Positions 1 through 10,284 of a DNA stretch of 64,000 nucleotides are shown piece by piece. Each line of letters opens with the position of its first letter. The stretch's first letter is position 1. Below the pieces are notes generated by a model. The model was not told the origin of the DNA and did not search any database. It was given only the letters and a program-made list of their open reading frames with translations. Source of the DNA: an uncultured Verrucomicrobiae bacterium (GTDB lineage Bacteria; Verrucomicrobiota; Verrucomicrobiia; Chthoniobacterales; UBA10450); NCBI GenBank assembly GCA_963834385.1, contig CAWIBO010000002.1:672001-736000 (forward strand). Reading direction: 5' to 3'. The translations under genes and the position numbers were made by a program.

Positions 1-1
1 T

Positions 2-1462
2 GTCGCCGGCGTCGAGGAGGCCAAGGACGAGGTCCAGGAACTGGTCGAGTTCCTGCGTGACCCGAAAAAATTCCAAAAACTCGGCGGCCGCATCCCCAAG
101 GGCGTTCTCCTGGTCGGCCCCCCCGGCACGGGCAAGACGCTCCTGGCCCGCGCCATCGCCGGCGAAGCCGATGTGCCTTTCTTCTCCATCAGCGGCTCCG
201 ACTTCGTGGAGATGTTTGTCGGCGTCGGCGCCAGCCGCGTGCGCGACATGTTTGAGCAGGGCAAGAAATCGGCCCCCTGCATCATTTTCATCGACGAGAT
301 CGACGCGGTCGGCCGCCATCGCGGCCATGGGGTCGGCGGCGGGCACGACGAGCGCGAACAGACCCTGAACGCGCTGCTGGTCGAGATGGACGGTTTCGAC
401 ACCCAGGAAGGCGTCATCATCATCGCCGCGACGAACCGTCCTGACGTGCTCGACCCGGCATTGCTGCGCCCCGGCCGGTTTGATCGCCAGATCACGGTGA
501 ATTTGCCGGACGTGAAGGGGCGCGAGGAAATCCTGCGCGTGCACTCCAAAAAAGTGAAGCTGGCCGAGGGCGTTGATCTTGCCGTGGTCGCGCGTGGCAC
601 GCCCGGCTACTCGGGCGCGGAACTGGCCAACGTCATCAACGAGGCCGCCCTGCTGGCGGCGCGCCGCGGCCTCAAGGGCATCACCCTGCGCGAGCTCGAA
701 GAAGCCCGCGACAAGGTCCGCTGGGGCAAGGAACGCCGCAGCCTGGCCCTGAGCGAGAAGGAGAAAACGAACACCGCCTACCACGAGGCCGGGCACGCCC
801 TCCTGCTCGAGCTGCTGCCGCACACGGAGCCGCTGCACAAGGTCACCATCATCCCGCGCGGTCCCTCGCTCGGCTCCACCATGTGGCTCCCGGAGGAAGA
901 CAAGTACACCAACCGCAAAAATGAGCTGCTGGCCAGCCTCGCCGTGAAAATGGGCGGCCGCGTCGCGGAAGAGATCATCTTCGGCGACGTCACCAACGGC
1001 GCCAGCGGCGACATCAAGATGGCGACCAACGTGGCCCGTCGCATGGTCTGCGAATGGGGCATGAGCGAAAAAATGGGCATGGTCGAGTACGGCGAGCATG
1101 AGGATTACGTCTTCCTCGGGCGCGATATTTCCCGGGCGCGCGATTACAGCGAGGCCACCGCGGAGGAGATCGACCGCGAAGTGCGAAAGCTGCTCGACGA
1201 CGCCTACACCAAGGCCACGGAGGTGCTGACCGAGCACCGGACACACCTCGAGGCGATTGCGAAGGCGCTGCTCGAGTACGAGACTCTCGACGGTGCGCAG
1301 ATCAAGGAAATCATCGAGCACGGGCGATTGCTGAACCCGCCGCCGGGACCGCCGCCTACTTCTGGCAAGACCATGCCGGCGGAGAAGCCGCCGAAACAGG
1401 TCGTGGTCGCGCCCGATGTGAACCCGCCGCTCCCCGGCGGACTCAGCGGGGCGCCCGCTTAA
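2..1462 (+). CDS. ftsH: ATP-dependent zinc metalloprotease FtsH (5' truncated by window edge)
   Basis: Frame open from base 2: Walker A GPPGTGKT, Walker [31 protein letters not shown], zinc motif HEAGH. Confidence 0.98.
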   Translation, partial: VAGVEEAKDEVQELVEFLRDPKKFQKLGGRIPKGVLLVGPPGTGKTLLARAIAGEADVPFFSISGSDFVEMFVGVGASRVRDMFEQGKKSAPCIIFIDEIDAVGRHRGHGVGGGHDEREQTLNALLVEMDGFDTQEGVIIIAATNRPDVLDPALLRPGRFDRQITVNLPDVKGREEILRVHSKKVKLAEGVDLAVVARGTPGYSGAELANVINEAALLAARRGLKGITLRELEEARDKVRWGKERRSLALSEKEKTNTAYHEAGHALLLELLPHTEPLHKVTIIPRGPSLGSTMWLPEEDKYTNRKNELLASLAVKMGGRVAEEIIFGDVTNGASGDIKMATNVARRMVCEWGMSEKMGMVEYGEHEDYVFLGRDISRARDYSEATAEEIDREVRKLLDDAYTKATEVLTEHRTHLEAIAKALLEYETLDGAQIKEIIEHGRLLNPPPGPPPTSGKTMPAEKPPKQVVVAPDVNPPLPGGLSGAPA

Positions 1463-1500
1463 CCAGGCCCCACCCCCACGGGCTCCCGGCCCCGCACGTC

Positions 1501-1809
1501 ATGGACACGCTTCACTCCGTTTTGCTGGCCGGCGCCATCGGTGCGCTCTCCCTGGGTGTCGTCGTCTTCGCCCTGCGGCGCTGGACCACCTTCCACTCCG
1601 AGCGGAATTGGCGAAAGCTGCTCGCCGTGGCCGCGCTCGGCCTCGACCTTGCCGCCGCCTTCATCCACTTCCTCCACACGCATGGACCGGCCGGTCCCGC
1701 CGCCATGAGCTTCCCGGGGTTTCTCCGCGACCATCCCGCCTTCGCGATCGTGGCCCTTCTGGCCGTCGCCCTCTTCTTCACCGCCGGACGGCCCCGGCCC
1801 CGCTTGTAA
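1501..1809 (+). CDS. Small hypothetical membrane protein (about 3 TM)
   Basis: 102-aa ORF with three hydrophobic stretches, co-oriented after ftsH. Confidence 0.65.
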   Translation: MDTLHSVLLAGAIGALSLGVVVFALRRWTTFHSERNWRKLLAVAALGLDLAAAFIHFLHTHGPAGPAAMSFPGFLRDHPAFAIVALLAVALFFTAGRPRPRL

Positions 1810-1834
1810 CCGAGGGCGAGGATAAGCCCCGCGC

Positions 1835-2395
1835 CTAGATGCGCGGCCCGCCGGTGTTGACCACGTGGACGGTGCTGGCCTGCGGCCCCATTTCGCCATG
1901 GGACTCGTCGTAGCGCACCTCCATCCCGACCTTCAGTTCCTCGAAGGACATGCCGACCACGGCATTGCGATGGAAGTAGACATCGGTCCCCATGAATCCG
2001 GTGATGAAGCCGTAATCGGCGAAAAGCTTGGCGATGAGCGCGCGCGGCTCGGCATGCGTCTTCACCTCATGCCGCTGGCGTTCGGCGAGCTCCTTCACCT
2101 GCCGCTCCATGTTCTTGAAAGCGTCGTTGATCACCTTGCTCAACGGTTCGTGCATTTCGTGCTCGTTTTGCCTCTCGTCCGCCACCAGCTCGTGCCCCGG
2201 CGGCACCGTCACGTCCACCCGCACCCGAAACGGGTTGCCGGAATGCTGCGCTTGGTTGGGACGCTCCACCGCCACGTCGCACCGACTGACGTGGTCACAA
2301 AAGCGGTCGAGGCGGGCCGCCTTGGTCCGGATGAGCTGATCGATGTCTTCCGTTTTTTCGACACCGCGGTAGGTCACGTTCACAGGCAGTTGCAT
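1835..2395 (-). CDS. HPF/RaiA-family ribosome-associated protein fused to a cold-shock domain
   Basis: MQLPVNVTYRG...RVRVDVTVPPGHELVA...INDAFKNMERQV (HPF-like), then YGFI...VYFHRNAV...GPQASTV (CSD RNP1/RNP2-like). Confidence 0.88.
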   Translation of the reverse strand: MQLPVNVTYRGVEKTEDIDQLIRTKAARLDRFCDHVSRCDVAVERPNQAQHSGNPFRVRVDVTVPPGHELVADERQNEHEMHEPLSKVINDAFKNMERQVKELAERQRHEVKTHAEPRALIAKLFADYGFITGFMGTDVYFHRNAVVGMSFEELKVGMEVRYDESHGEMGPQASTVHVVNTGGPRI

Positions 2396-2444
2396 GCGCC
2401 TTAACCTAGCTGATTCCCCTTCCCGACCAACTTTTTCGTCCCGC

Positions 2445-2912
2445 TCACAGCGGCTGGAGCGAGCGAAAATGCGATGAGAGCTTGCTCGGCTCGATCTTGA
2501 CCAGGTCTGAATGGACGTGTTCGACAATCCGATTGCGCGCTGCCGCCGGGATCAGGTCGACGATGGCTGCATGAATGGCCGACGGGGCGGCAAACGACCA
2601 GCCCTGCGGTTTCTCATCCTCGACGATCCGGCCGATGTTTTCCGCCAGGTCCTTCAGGATCCGCCGGTCGATCTCGCTCTCGATGCCCTGCCGCTCCGCC
2701 ATCGCGTTCATATGATGCCCCCCGTTTGCCCCCGGCGCGCTCGGAAAACGGCCGGCCTGGTCCGTCAGCTTTTCGTTGTAACGCCCGTGCGCGTCGGTGA
2801 TATCGAACGCCTTGACCATCTGGAGCGAGGGCCCGCGGTTGGGCGTTTCGTTTACTTTGTAGGCTTTCAGGCTGCCACGGTCAGCCACCACAATCAGTGA
2901 AGTTGGTGTCAT
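2445..2912 (-). CDS. Host attachment protein family (baeRF/aeRF1-related) protein
   Basis: N-terminal LIVVADRG, D..GRF, AAP and KxDL-like (HSDLVK) motifs typical of the Host_attach family. Confidence 0.7.
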   Translation of the reverse strand: MTPTSLIVVADRGSLKAYKVNETPNRGPSLQMVKAFDITDAHGRYNEKLTDQAGRFPSAPGANGGHHMNAMAERQGIESEIDRRILKDLAENIGRIVEDEKPQGWSFAAPSAIHAAIVDLIPAAARNRIVEHVHSDLVKIEPSKLSSHFRSLQPL

Positions 2913-3033
2913 AATCTTTTTTCACAGACGCGCGCGCCACAGCCGCACGGGTGATGCCACAATCACCAACCAAAAATCGCATCTGGCAACGTCTTTGCGC
3001 CTGCGACTTTTTCCGGCCACCGCGGCCCACGCG

Positions 3034-5263
3034 CTATTTCCGCTTTTTCTTTTCCGGTTCGCCGCCATTGTGCGGCAACCGCACCTCACGCTTCTTCCAC
3101 GACTCCTGCCGCGCCTGGGACTGCGCGCCCGCGCTCAGACGGAGCAGGCAGACCGCCCGGCCGCCGACTTCCGCATCGTCCCCCGAGGGCAGATGAGACG
3201 GTTCCGGCAGAAAACCGGATTCCGTCACGGTGTCGAGGATCAGATCCCAGACGAGTCCCTCCTGGCCCGGGAGGCGAAAGGGCACCGGCTCGTAATGGGC
3301 GTTGATAAGAAGAAGAAAGGTTTCATCACGGATCGGGGTGCCCTCGAAGCTCGAGCACGTCGATCGAATCACCGCTCAGGAGCATGCCGAGGCTGCGGAC
3401 AAAAGGCGATGTCCACTCCTCGTCGGTCATTTCGTTCCCGCCCGGGTTGAACCACATTACATCCTTGATCTCCGAGCCGCGGATTCGGCGTCCCTGGAAA
3501 AATTTCGGCCGGCGAAAGACCGGATGATCGCGGCGAAAAGCAATCAACTGCCGGGTAAACTGGAGGAGCTGCTCCTGTTCCTCCGTTCGTTCCCAGCTCA
3601 GCCAGCTCAGTTCGTTGTCCTGGCAGTAGGCGTTGTTGTTCCCGTCCTGCGTCCGGGCGAACTCATCGCCTGCCGTCAGCATCGGCACGCCCTGCGAGAG
3701 AAAGAGGGTGGTGAGAAAATTGCGCCGCTGCTGCGCCCGGAGCTGTTTGATCTCGGGGTCATCCGTAGGCCCCTCTTCGCCGCAGTTCCACGAATGGTTG
3801 TTGTTGTCGCCGTCGTTATTCCCCTCGCCATTGGCCTCGTTGTGCTTGTCGTTGTAACTCACGAGATCGTTCAGGGTGAAACCATCGTGCGCGGTGATGA
3901 AGTTCACGCTCGCATACGGCCGGCGGCCACTGTGCTGGTAGAGATCGGGACTCCCGGTCAGGCGATAGGCCACTTCGCCGATACGACCCTCGTCCCCCTT
4001 CCAGAAACTGCGTATCGCGTCCCGGTATTTTCCGTTCCATTCCGCCCAGAGCACGGGAAAATTGCCGACCTGGTAACCGCCCTCGCCCACGTCCCACGGC
4101 TCCGCGATCAGTTTCGTCTGCGAGAGGACGGGATCCTGGTGAATGATCTCGAAGAAAGCGTGCAGCTTGTTCACTCCCTGATGGTCCCGGGCCAGGGTCG
4201 AGGCCAGGTCGAACCGGAACCCGTCCACGTGCATTTCCAGGACCCAATAGCGCAGGGAATCCATCACCATCTGCAGGGTACGCGAATTGAGCAGGTTCAG
4301 GGTGTTCCCCGTCCCGGTAAAATCCATGTAAAACCGCGGATCCTGCGGCGAGAGCCGGTAATAGGCGTGATTATCGATCCCCCGAAAGCAGAGGGTCGGC
4401 CCGAGATGATTTCCCTCCGCGGTATGGTTGTAGACGACGTCGAGAATCACCTCGAGCCCGGCGGCGTGCAGGTTCCGCACCATGGTTTTGAACTCCGTCA
4501 CCTGCCCGCCCCGCTCGTCACTGGCGGCATAATCGGCCTGCGGCGCAAAGAACCCTATGGTGTTGTAGCCCCAGTAATTCGTCAGGCCGCGGTCGATCAG
4601 CACCTTGTCGTCCACGTGCGCGTGCACCGGCAGCAACTCGACCGCCGTCACCCCAAGCTTCTTGAAATACTCGATCGCCGCGGGACTCCCCAGCCCGGCA
4701 TAGGTCCCCCTGATCTCCGCCGGCACTTCCGGGCAGAGCTTGGTGAAACCCTTCACGTGCGTCTCGTAAATGACGGATTGATGCAGCGGGATGCGCGGAA
4801 GCTTGTCGTCGCCCCAGTCAAAGGCATTATCAATCACCACCGACTTCGGCATGCCCCAGGCGTCGTTCCGGAAATCGCGCGCGAGATCCTCGTGCGGGCC
4901 GCCCACGACGTAACCAAACATGTCGTCCGCCCAGTTGATCTCACCCGCAATCGCCTTCGCATACGGATCCAGCAGCAGTTTTGAACTGTTGAAGCGCATG
5001 CCCCGCTCCGGATCGTAGGGGCCGGTCACCCGGTAGCCGTAGAGCTGGCCGGGGCGGACATCGGGCAGGAAGACATGCCACACCTGGTCGGTGTGCTCCG
5101 TCATCGGGATGCGGATGTTTTCCTGCGGCGCATCCACCGAATCAAAAAGGCAGAGATCGACCGAAGTGGCCGCGTGGGAAAATAGCGCGAAATTAACGCC
5201 GTGGCCGAGCCAGGTGGCGCCAAGCGGATAAGGAAAGCCAAGCCAGATTTTTACCGGTGTCAT
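3034..5263 (-). CDS. glgX: Glycogen debranching enzyme GlgX (frameshift near 3352)
   Basis: [43 protein letters not shown]-terminus [18 protein letters not shown] continues in another frame (3034..3372). Confidence 0.96.
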
Positions 5264-5348
5264 GTGCGAGCGGTTCTATGCTCTACGCGCCTGCCCGGCG
5301 CAATGGTTCCGGAAAAAAGCGCGTGTCTTTTTGCTGTTTCGCGGGCCG

Positions 5349-5522
5349 TCAGGCCGCCGGCTTGTCCGGGCTGACCACGTCCCGCCACTCCGCGGGCAGA
5401 GGATCGATCTCGAGACGACGCGAGGACTGTTCCCGCGCCATTTCAGCCGCCCGGGCGAGCCCGACCACCACCACAAAGGTCACGATCAGGCCCAGAAGAA
5501 AAATGGCGATGAGGTAATCCAT
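5349..5522 (-). CDS. Small single-TM hypothetical protein (57 aa)
   Basis: MDYLIAIFLLGLIVTFVVVVGLARAA..., starts 2 nt after the upstream small ORF. Confidence 0.6.
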   Translation of the reverse strand: MDYLIAIFLLGLIVTFVVVVGLARAAEMAREQSSRRLEIDPLPAEWRDVVSPDKPAA

Positions 5523-5524
5523 GG

Positions 5525-5719
5525 TCAGGGTTTTCGCCGAAGTTCCTGCGCCTGGGCGAGAAGGACCACGCGCACGCCCACCCAGAGGGCGAGAATGCTC
5601 GGGACCCAGAGCCCCACGAAAAGACCGTAATCCCGGTTGACCAGGAACCACAGGGCAATGCTGAAAATGAAACTGATGAAAGTGGCGATGAGAAAGGGAT
5701 AATCAACTTTGGTGAACAT
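5525..5719 (-). CDS. Small two-TM hypothetical protein (64 aa)
   Basis: Hydrophobic ORF with GLFVGLWVPSIL motif. Confidence 0.65.
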   Translation of the reverse strand: MFTKVDYPFLIATFISFIFSIALWFLVNRDYGLFVGLWVPSILALWVGVRVVLLAQAQELRRKP

Positions 5720-5796
5720 GACTTATAACTACGCTACGGGCGGGCGGCAGGGCGAGACGCCATTTCCCCGTTTTCTCCGCGCCGGGCGTGCCTTGC

Positions 5797-6994
5797 CTAG
5801 CGGAAACGGCCCAGCCAGCCATAGGGAAAATCGTCCCCGGGGCAATCGGTTGACCAGCGTGGCGGATTGACCGCTTTATGCGGCCGCACCGCGAGGATGC
5901 GCCCTTCGCTTTTGCCACAGCGTTCGCGCAGGTAACGAATCAACTCCTCGGTCGCCGCGAGCTGGGCTTGGGTCGGCTGATCACGGTTGAAATCGCCCAC
6001 CAGGCAGATGCCTAGTCCGATGTTGTTCAGATAATCGCTGTGCACGTGGCCGCCGTTGATCTGGCGCCGCCAGCGATCGCCGATCTCAATCTGCCCGTTG
6101 CCGGTGGAGGTCCCGTTCCCGACCACAAAATGGTAGGCCATGCCATTGCGCATCTTTCGGACGCGGCGGTGGTAATACTCAAAAATGCGCGCGTTCCCCT
6201 GGCGACTGCCGCTGTTGTGCACCACCACCAGCTTCCAGCGTCCGCGTCGCACGGGCGCGCGCCGAATGGCTTCGATGACCGCGCTGGTCAGGTAACGGTA
6301 GCGGTAGGCGGGTTCGCGCCGGCTGAAGAGCGACCAGAAACCGCGGCGCGGCGGCGGGGAGGGAGGCGGCAGATATCCCTGGTCCTCTTCGAGACCCGAT
6401 TTTTCGACCGTGATATCGGCCGCTCCGCCCTGGAAGGTCTGCGCCGGCGCGCTGGACCCAGGCGGCGCGGGAGCAGGCAGTGGCGGCTCGACTCGCGACC
6501 GCCTTGCGCACCGGAGCCGGCGTTGTTTTCCCTTTGGCCGACTTGCCCTTCGTCTTTTTGGTTTTCGAGGTGGTGGCACCACTCCCGCTCTTCTTCTTCC
6601 CGGACGATGAAGAGGTCTTTTTCCCGCCGCTGGTCTTTTTCTTTTTCGCGCTGCTCGCCGAACTCGATTTCTTCGTGGTCGACTTCTTCGAAGCTGCTTT
6701 TTTCGAAGGAGCGGTTTTCTTTGACGGCGTCGGGCTGCTCTTCTTTGCGCTTTTCGCCGGCGACGTCGACTTCTTCGGTGTTGGCGTGGGCGACTTGGAG
6801 GCGCCGGCGGCCTTCTTTTTCGCCGGGGTGGGAGAGGGCTTCGCCGCCACCGCCTTCTTCACCGTCGGGCTGGAGGCAGTTTCCTGGCCCGAGGCCGTGG
6901 GCAGGAACAGGAGACCGGGCAAAAGCGCGATCGCGAGGGAAAGGCGGAAGCGCGCCACAATGCGGAAGGGTAGCGGCGGAGCGGGCCGCTTCAA
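5797..6994 (-). CDS. N-acetylmuramoyl-L-alanine amidase (Amidase_2/PGRP-like) with signal peptide and Lys/Ser-rich linker (frameshift near 6496)
   Basis: VVVHNSG, AYHFVVG, GICLVGDF, PHK...TDCPG in 5797..6582 frame; signal peptide and K/S-rich region in 6179..6994 frame. Confidence 0.85.
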
Positions 6995-7875
6995 GCGGGC
7001 TCCGCCGCGGCCTCTGCCGGGACGCCCCGTCTTTCCCGTTCCCGGCGCAGGATGGCGTTGAGTTTACCGCCCAGCAAAAGAAGCAGACAGGTGAGGTACA
7101 TCCAGGTCAGCAGGACAATGACCGAGGCGAGCGCAAGATAGGTCGGGTTGTAGCGGTCATACTCCGCCACATAATATTGGAAGAGTTTCGTCACCACGAT
7201 CCAGCCGAGGGCGAAGAAAATCGCGCCGGGCAGGGCTTGCCGGGCGGTGAGATAATTCTCGGGCGTGAGCAGGTAAAGACCAAGAGCCAGACCGATCAGG
7301 AGCAGGGCGGTAAAGGGAAGACTGAGGGCAAGGACCCATTCCTGCAGAGGAAAATTGAGCTGGAACGTCACCTCCGCCATGCCGGCGAGGGTCTCGCCGA
7401 AAACCACGAAGTTGAAGCAGATCAGCAGGGTCAGTCCAAACCAGAAGAGCAGAAAAAAGGAGATGATGTACTTGGACCACCAGTTTCGGTCCTCCCGGAT
7501 CCCGTGCGTCCGGCTCAGCGCGTGGGAAACCGTCGAGATGAAGAGCATGCCCAGCAGCATCCCGAGAAATATTCCGAGATTGGCCAGGAGACCGCCGGTG
7601 CCCGTCACGACCACGCTCGCCATGGTGGCATCCAGGATCGCGTGCATCCGCGGGTCCGGCGGAAGAAAACTTTTCAGCAGCTCAAACATCTGGTGCAGCT
7701 TTTCCGGGTCGGTCCCGAAAAGGCTGAGCAGGTGCCAGAGAAAGAGAAGACCCGGGGCCACGGCAAAGAGGAGCTGGTAGGCCATTTGCGCCGCCAGACC
7801 GGTCGTGTCGTCGAAAAAAGTTTCGACCACAAGACGGCGCGTCACCTTCCAGCCAAAGCCGAGTCGTCGCATCAT
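6991..7875 (-). CDS. YihY/virulence factor BrkB family membrane protein
   Basis: AAQMAYQLLFAVAP, YNPTYLALASVIVLLTWMY...LLLGGKLNA. Confidence 0.9.
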   Translation of the reverse strand: MMRRLGFGWKVTRRLVVETFFDDTTGLAAQMAYQLLFAVAPGLLFLWHLLSLFGTDPEKLHQMFELLKSFLPPDPRMHAILDATMASVVVTGTGGLLANLGIFLGMLLGMLFISTVSHALSRTHGIREDRNWWSKYIISFFLLFWFGLTLLICFNFVVFGETLAGMAEVTFQLNFPLQEWVLALSLPFTALLLIGLALGLYLLTPENYLTARQALPGAIFFALGWIVVTKLFQYYVAEYDRYNPTYLALASVIVLLTWMYLTCLLLLLGGKLNAILRRERERRGVPAEAAAEPA

Positions 7876-7943
7876 TCCGCGGAAGTTTACTTTGCCGCCT
7901 CTAAATTGCCATTACACTCTCGCCGGCCGCGGCCCCCCTCCCC

Positions 7944-9038
7944 ATGGTGAAACGCATCCTGATCCTCACGGCCGGATTCGGCGAAGGTCATAACGCGGCC
8001 GCGCGCGGCCTGCGCGATGCCCTGGCCCGGCTGGGCCCGGCGGCGGCCGAGGTCGAGATGCACGATCTTTTCGCCGAGACCTACGGCATTGCCAACGAAT
8101 GGACCCGGCGCCTTTATCTCGCCGTGATCAACCATTGGCCGGTCCAATGGTCGGCCTTTTACCAGTGGCTCGATCGCCGGCAGACTTTTGATCTGCGGAT
8201 GTTTTTTTGGGCGCGCAACCGGCTCGCCGCCTTGCTGGCCCGGTTCCGGCCCGACGTCATCGTCTGCGTTTACCCGGCTTATCCCTACATGCTGGCGGAA
8301 ATCCTCGGGGACTCCGGCAGCGGCGGGGCCCGGCGCGTGGTCGTGGTGACCGACTCGCTCACGGTCAACGCCATCTGGCATCGCGCGGCCGCCGATTATT
8401 TTTTCGTGCCGAACGCCCTCACCGCGGATGTCATGCGGGCAGCGAGCGTGCCGGAAGAAAAACTGCGCGACTTTGGTTTTCCGGTGAACCCCCGGTTCGC
8501 CGAGGAAGAAACTGCCGCGCCCGAAGCGGCGGACGCGCCACGCCGGATCCTCCTCATGATCAGTTCTGGAAAATCGACCGCGCCCGATCTGGTGCGGCGC
8601 CTGGCGGCGTTGCCCAACACGGAACTGACCGTCACCTCCGGCCGGGATGAAACCCTTCGCGCCCGGCTCGAGCAGACGCGGGCGGAGTCGGGTCTGGCCT
8701 TTGAAGTCGTCGGCTGGAGCGATGAAATGCCGCGCCTGATGCGGCGCAGCCATCTGCTGATCAGCAAGGCGGGTGGAGCCACGGTGCAGGAAACGATTGC
8801 CGCTGGTTGCCCTCTCATCATCAACCAGGTGGTGCCGGGGCAGGAAGAAGGGAACGCTCGCCTGATTGAGCAGACCCGCTCGGGCCGGGTGGCCGGGTCC
8901 GACGACGAAGTGGTGGCCGCGGTGGAAGCGGCCTTTGCCGATGGCGCCGCGCTCTGGCAGGAATGGGCCGCGAATATTCGGGCGCAAAGCCGGCCCGGGG
9001 CCGCCCTCGAGGCGGCGCGTTTCCTTACCTCCCTGTAG
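7944..9038 (+). CDS. MGDG synthase/UgtP-like diacylglycerol glycosyltransferase (GT28)
   Basis: GFGEGHNAAA, ISKAGGAT, VPGQEEGNA. Confidence 0.9.
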   Translation: MVKRILILTAGFGEGHNAAARGLRDALARLGPAAAEVEMHDLFAETYGIANEWTRRLYLAVINHWPVQWSAFYQWLDRRQTFDLRMFFWARNRLAALLARFRPDVIVCVYPAYPYMLAEILGDSGSGGARRVVVVTDSLTVNAIWHRAAADYFFVPNALTADVMRAASVPEEKLRDFGFPVNPRFAEEETAAPEAADAPRRILLMISSGKSTAPDLVRRLAALPNTELTVTSGRDETLRARLEQTRAESGLAFEVVGWSDEMPRLMRRSHLLISKAGGATVQETIAAGCPLIINQVVPGQEEGNARLIEQTRSGRVAGSDDEVVAAVEAAFADGAALWQEWAANIRAQSRPGAALEAARFLTSL

Positions 9039-10182
9039 AGAGAAGGGCGCCGGCCAGGTAGGTTCTTTTTACCTCAAGCGCCGGGTCCAGCACAACCAGG
9101 TCGGCCTGCAACCCGACCGCAATCCGCCCTTTCTCGGCCTCCAGTCCAAGAACACGCGCAGGGTTGGTCGAGGCCATCCGAACGATTTCCTCCAGCGGAG
9201 CCTCCGTGGCCTCTTTCATGGTGCGCACACAATCGATCATGCGCGCCGCGCTCCCGGCCAGGGCCGATCCGTCTGCCAGTTTGCAGACCCCGTCGTCCAC
9301 CACGCAGTCGCGGCCGGCCAGCGAGAACGCGCTCCCCTGCGCAAGCCCAGCCCCGGCGGTGGCGTCGGTGATGAGACAGATATGGTCAGGCCCTTTGGCA
9401 CGATAAAGGACGCGCAACAATTCCGGCCGCACATGGTGCCCATCGGCGATCACTTCACAAACGAGGCCCGGTTCGCCGAGGGCAAATTCGAGGAGCCCCC
9501 CTTCGCGATAGATCCCGCGCCGGTGGGTCGTGGACATGCAATTAAAGGTATGGGTGGTTTGGCGCAGTCCCGCCTCCCAGGCCTGCGCCACCACGGATGC
9601 GGAAGCGTCGCTGTGCCCGCCGCTCACCCGCACACCGCGCCGGGTCATCTCGCGGATGGCCTCAAGCGCTCCCGGGAGTTCCGGAGCCAGGGTCACGATC
9701 CTGAGCAGATCGGCGTCTTCCAGAATTTCCTCCACCAGCGCCGGGGTTGGTTCGAGAAAACAGTCTAGTCGCTGCGCTCCCGGTTTCCGCGGGGAAAGAA
9801 ACGGTCCCTCGAGGTGAACGCCGGCCACCTGCGGCAGGGCGGTTCGCGCAGCGCGCACCGCGGCCACGGTTTGTCGGATCGTGGGGAGCGGCGCCGAAGC
9901 CGTGGTCAGGAGCAGGGAGGTCGTGCCGCCGGCGGCGTGAAAATCGCAAATGGCGCGAAAGGCCTCGGGGACGGCTTCCATGGTGTCGCGCCCCGCGCCG
10001 CCGTGCAGGTGAAGATCGATAAAACCAGGCACCAGGAAATCTCCGGCAAGATCGTGAATGGTTTCACCCGGTCGCGCCGACCCTCGCCTTGAAAGGGCGA
10101 CAATGCGTTCTCCCGCCACTTCGACCTCGAGATCTTCCCGGACGCCGTCCGGCAGCACCACGCGCCCATTGGTGAAGATCAT
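9025..10182 (-). CDS. nagA: N-acetylglucosamine-6-phosphate deacetylase
   Basis: PGFIDLHLHG, HLEGPFLS, THTFNCM, IADGHHV, LAGS. Confidence 0.93.
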   Translation of the reverse strand: MIFTNGRVVLPDGVREDLEVEVAGERIVALSRRGSARPGETIHDLAGDFLVPGFIDLHLHGGAGRDTMEAVPEAFRAICDFHAAGGTTSLLLTTASAPLPTIRQTVAAVRAARTALPQVAGVHLEGPFLSPRKPGAQRLDCFLEPTPALVEEILEDADLLRIVTLAPELPGALEAIREMTRRGVRVSGGHSDASASVVAQAWEAGLRQTTHTFNCMSTTHRRGIYREGGLLEFALGEPGLVCEVIADGHHVRPELLRVLYRAKGPDHICLITDATAGAGLAQGSAFSLAGRDCVVDDGVCKLADGSALAGSAARMIDCVRTMKEATEAPLEEIVRMASTNPARVLGLEAEKGRIAVGLQADLVVLDPALEVKRTYLAGALLSTGR

Positions 10183-10284
10183 CGCCCAGCCTAAGCGCGT
10201 GGCGGCGCGCACGCACGGTTTTAGCGCGGGGCAAAGGACGGAACCGGTTGCCTTTGCCGGTGCGGCACACGAAGATCAGCCTCA

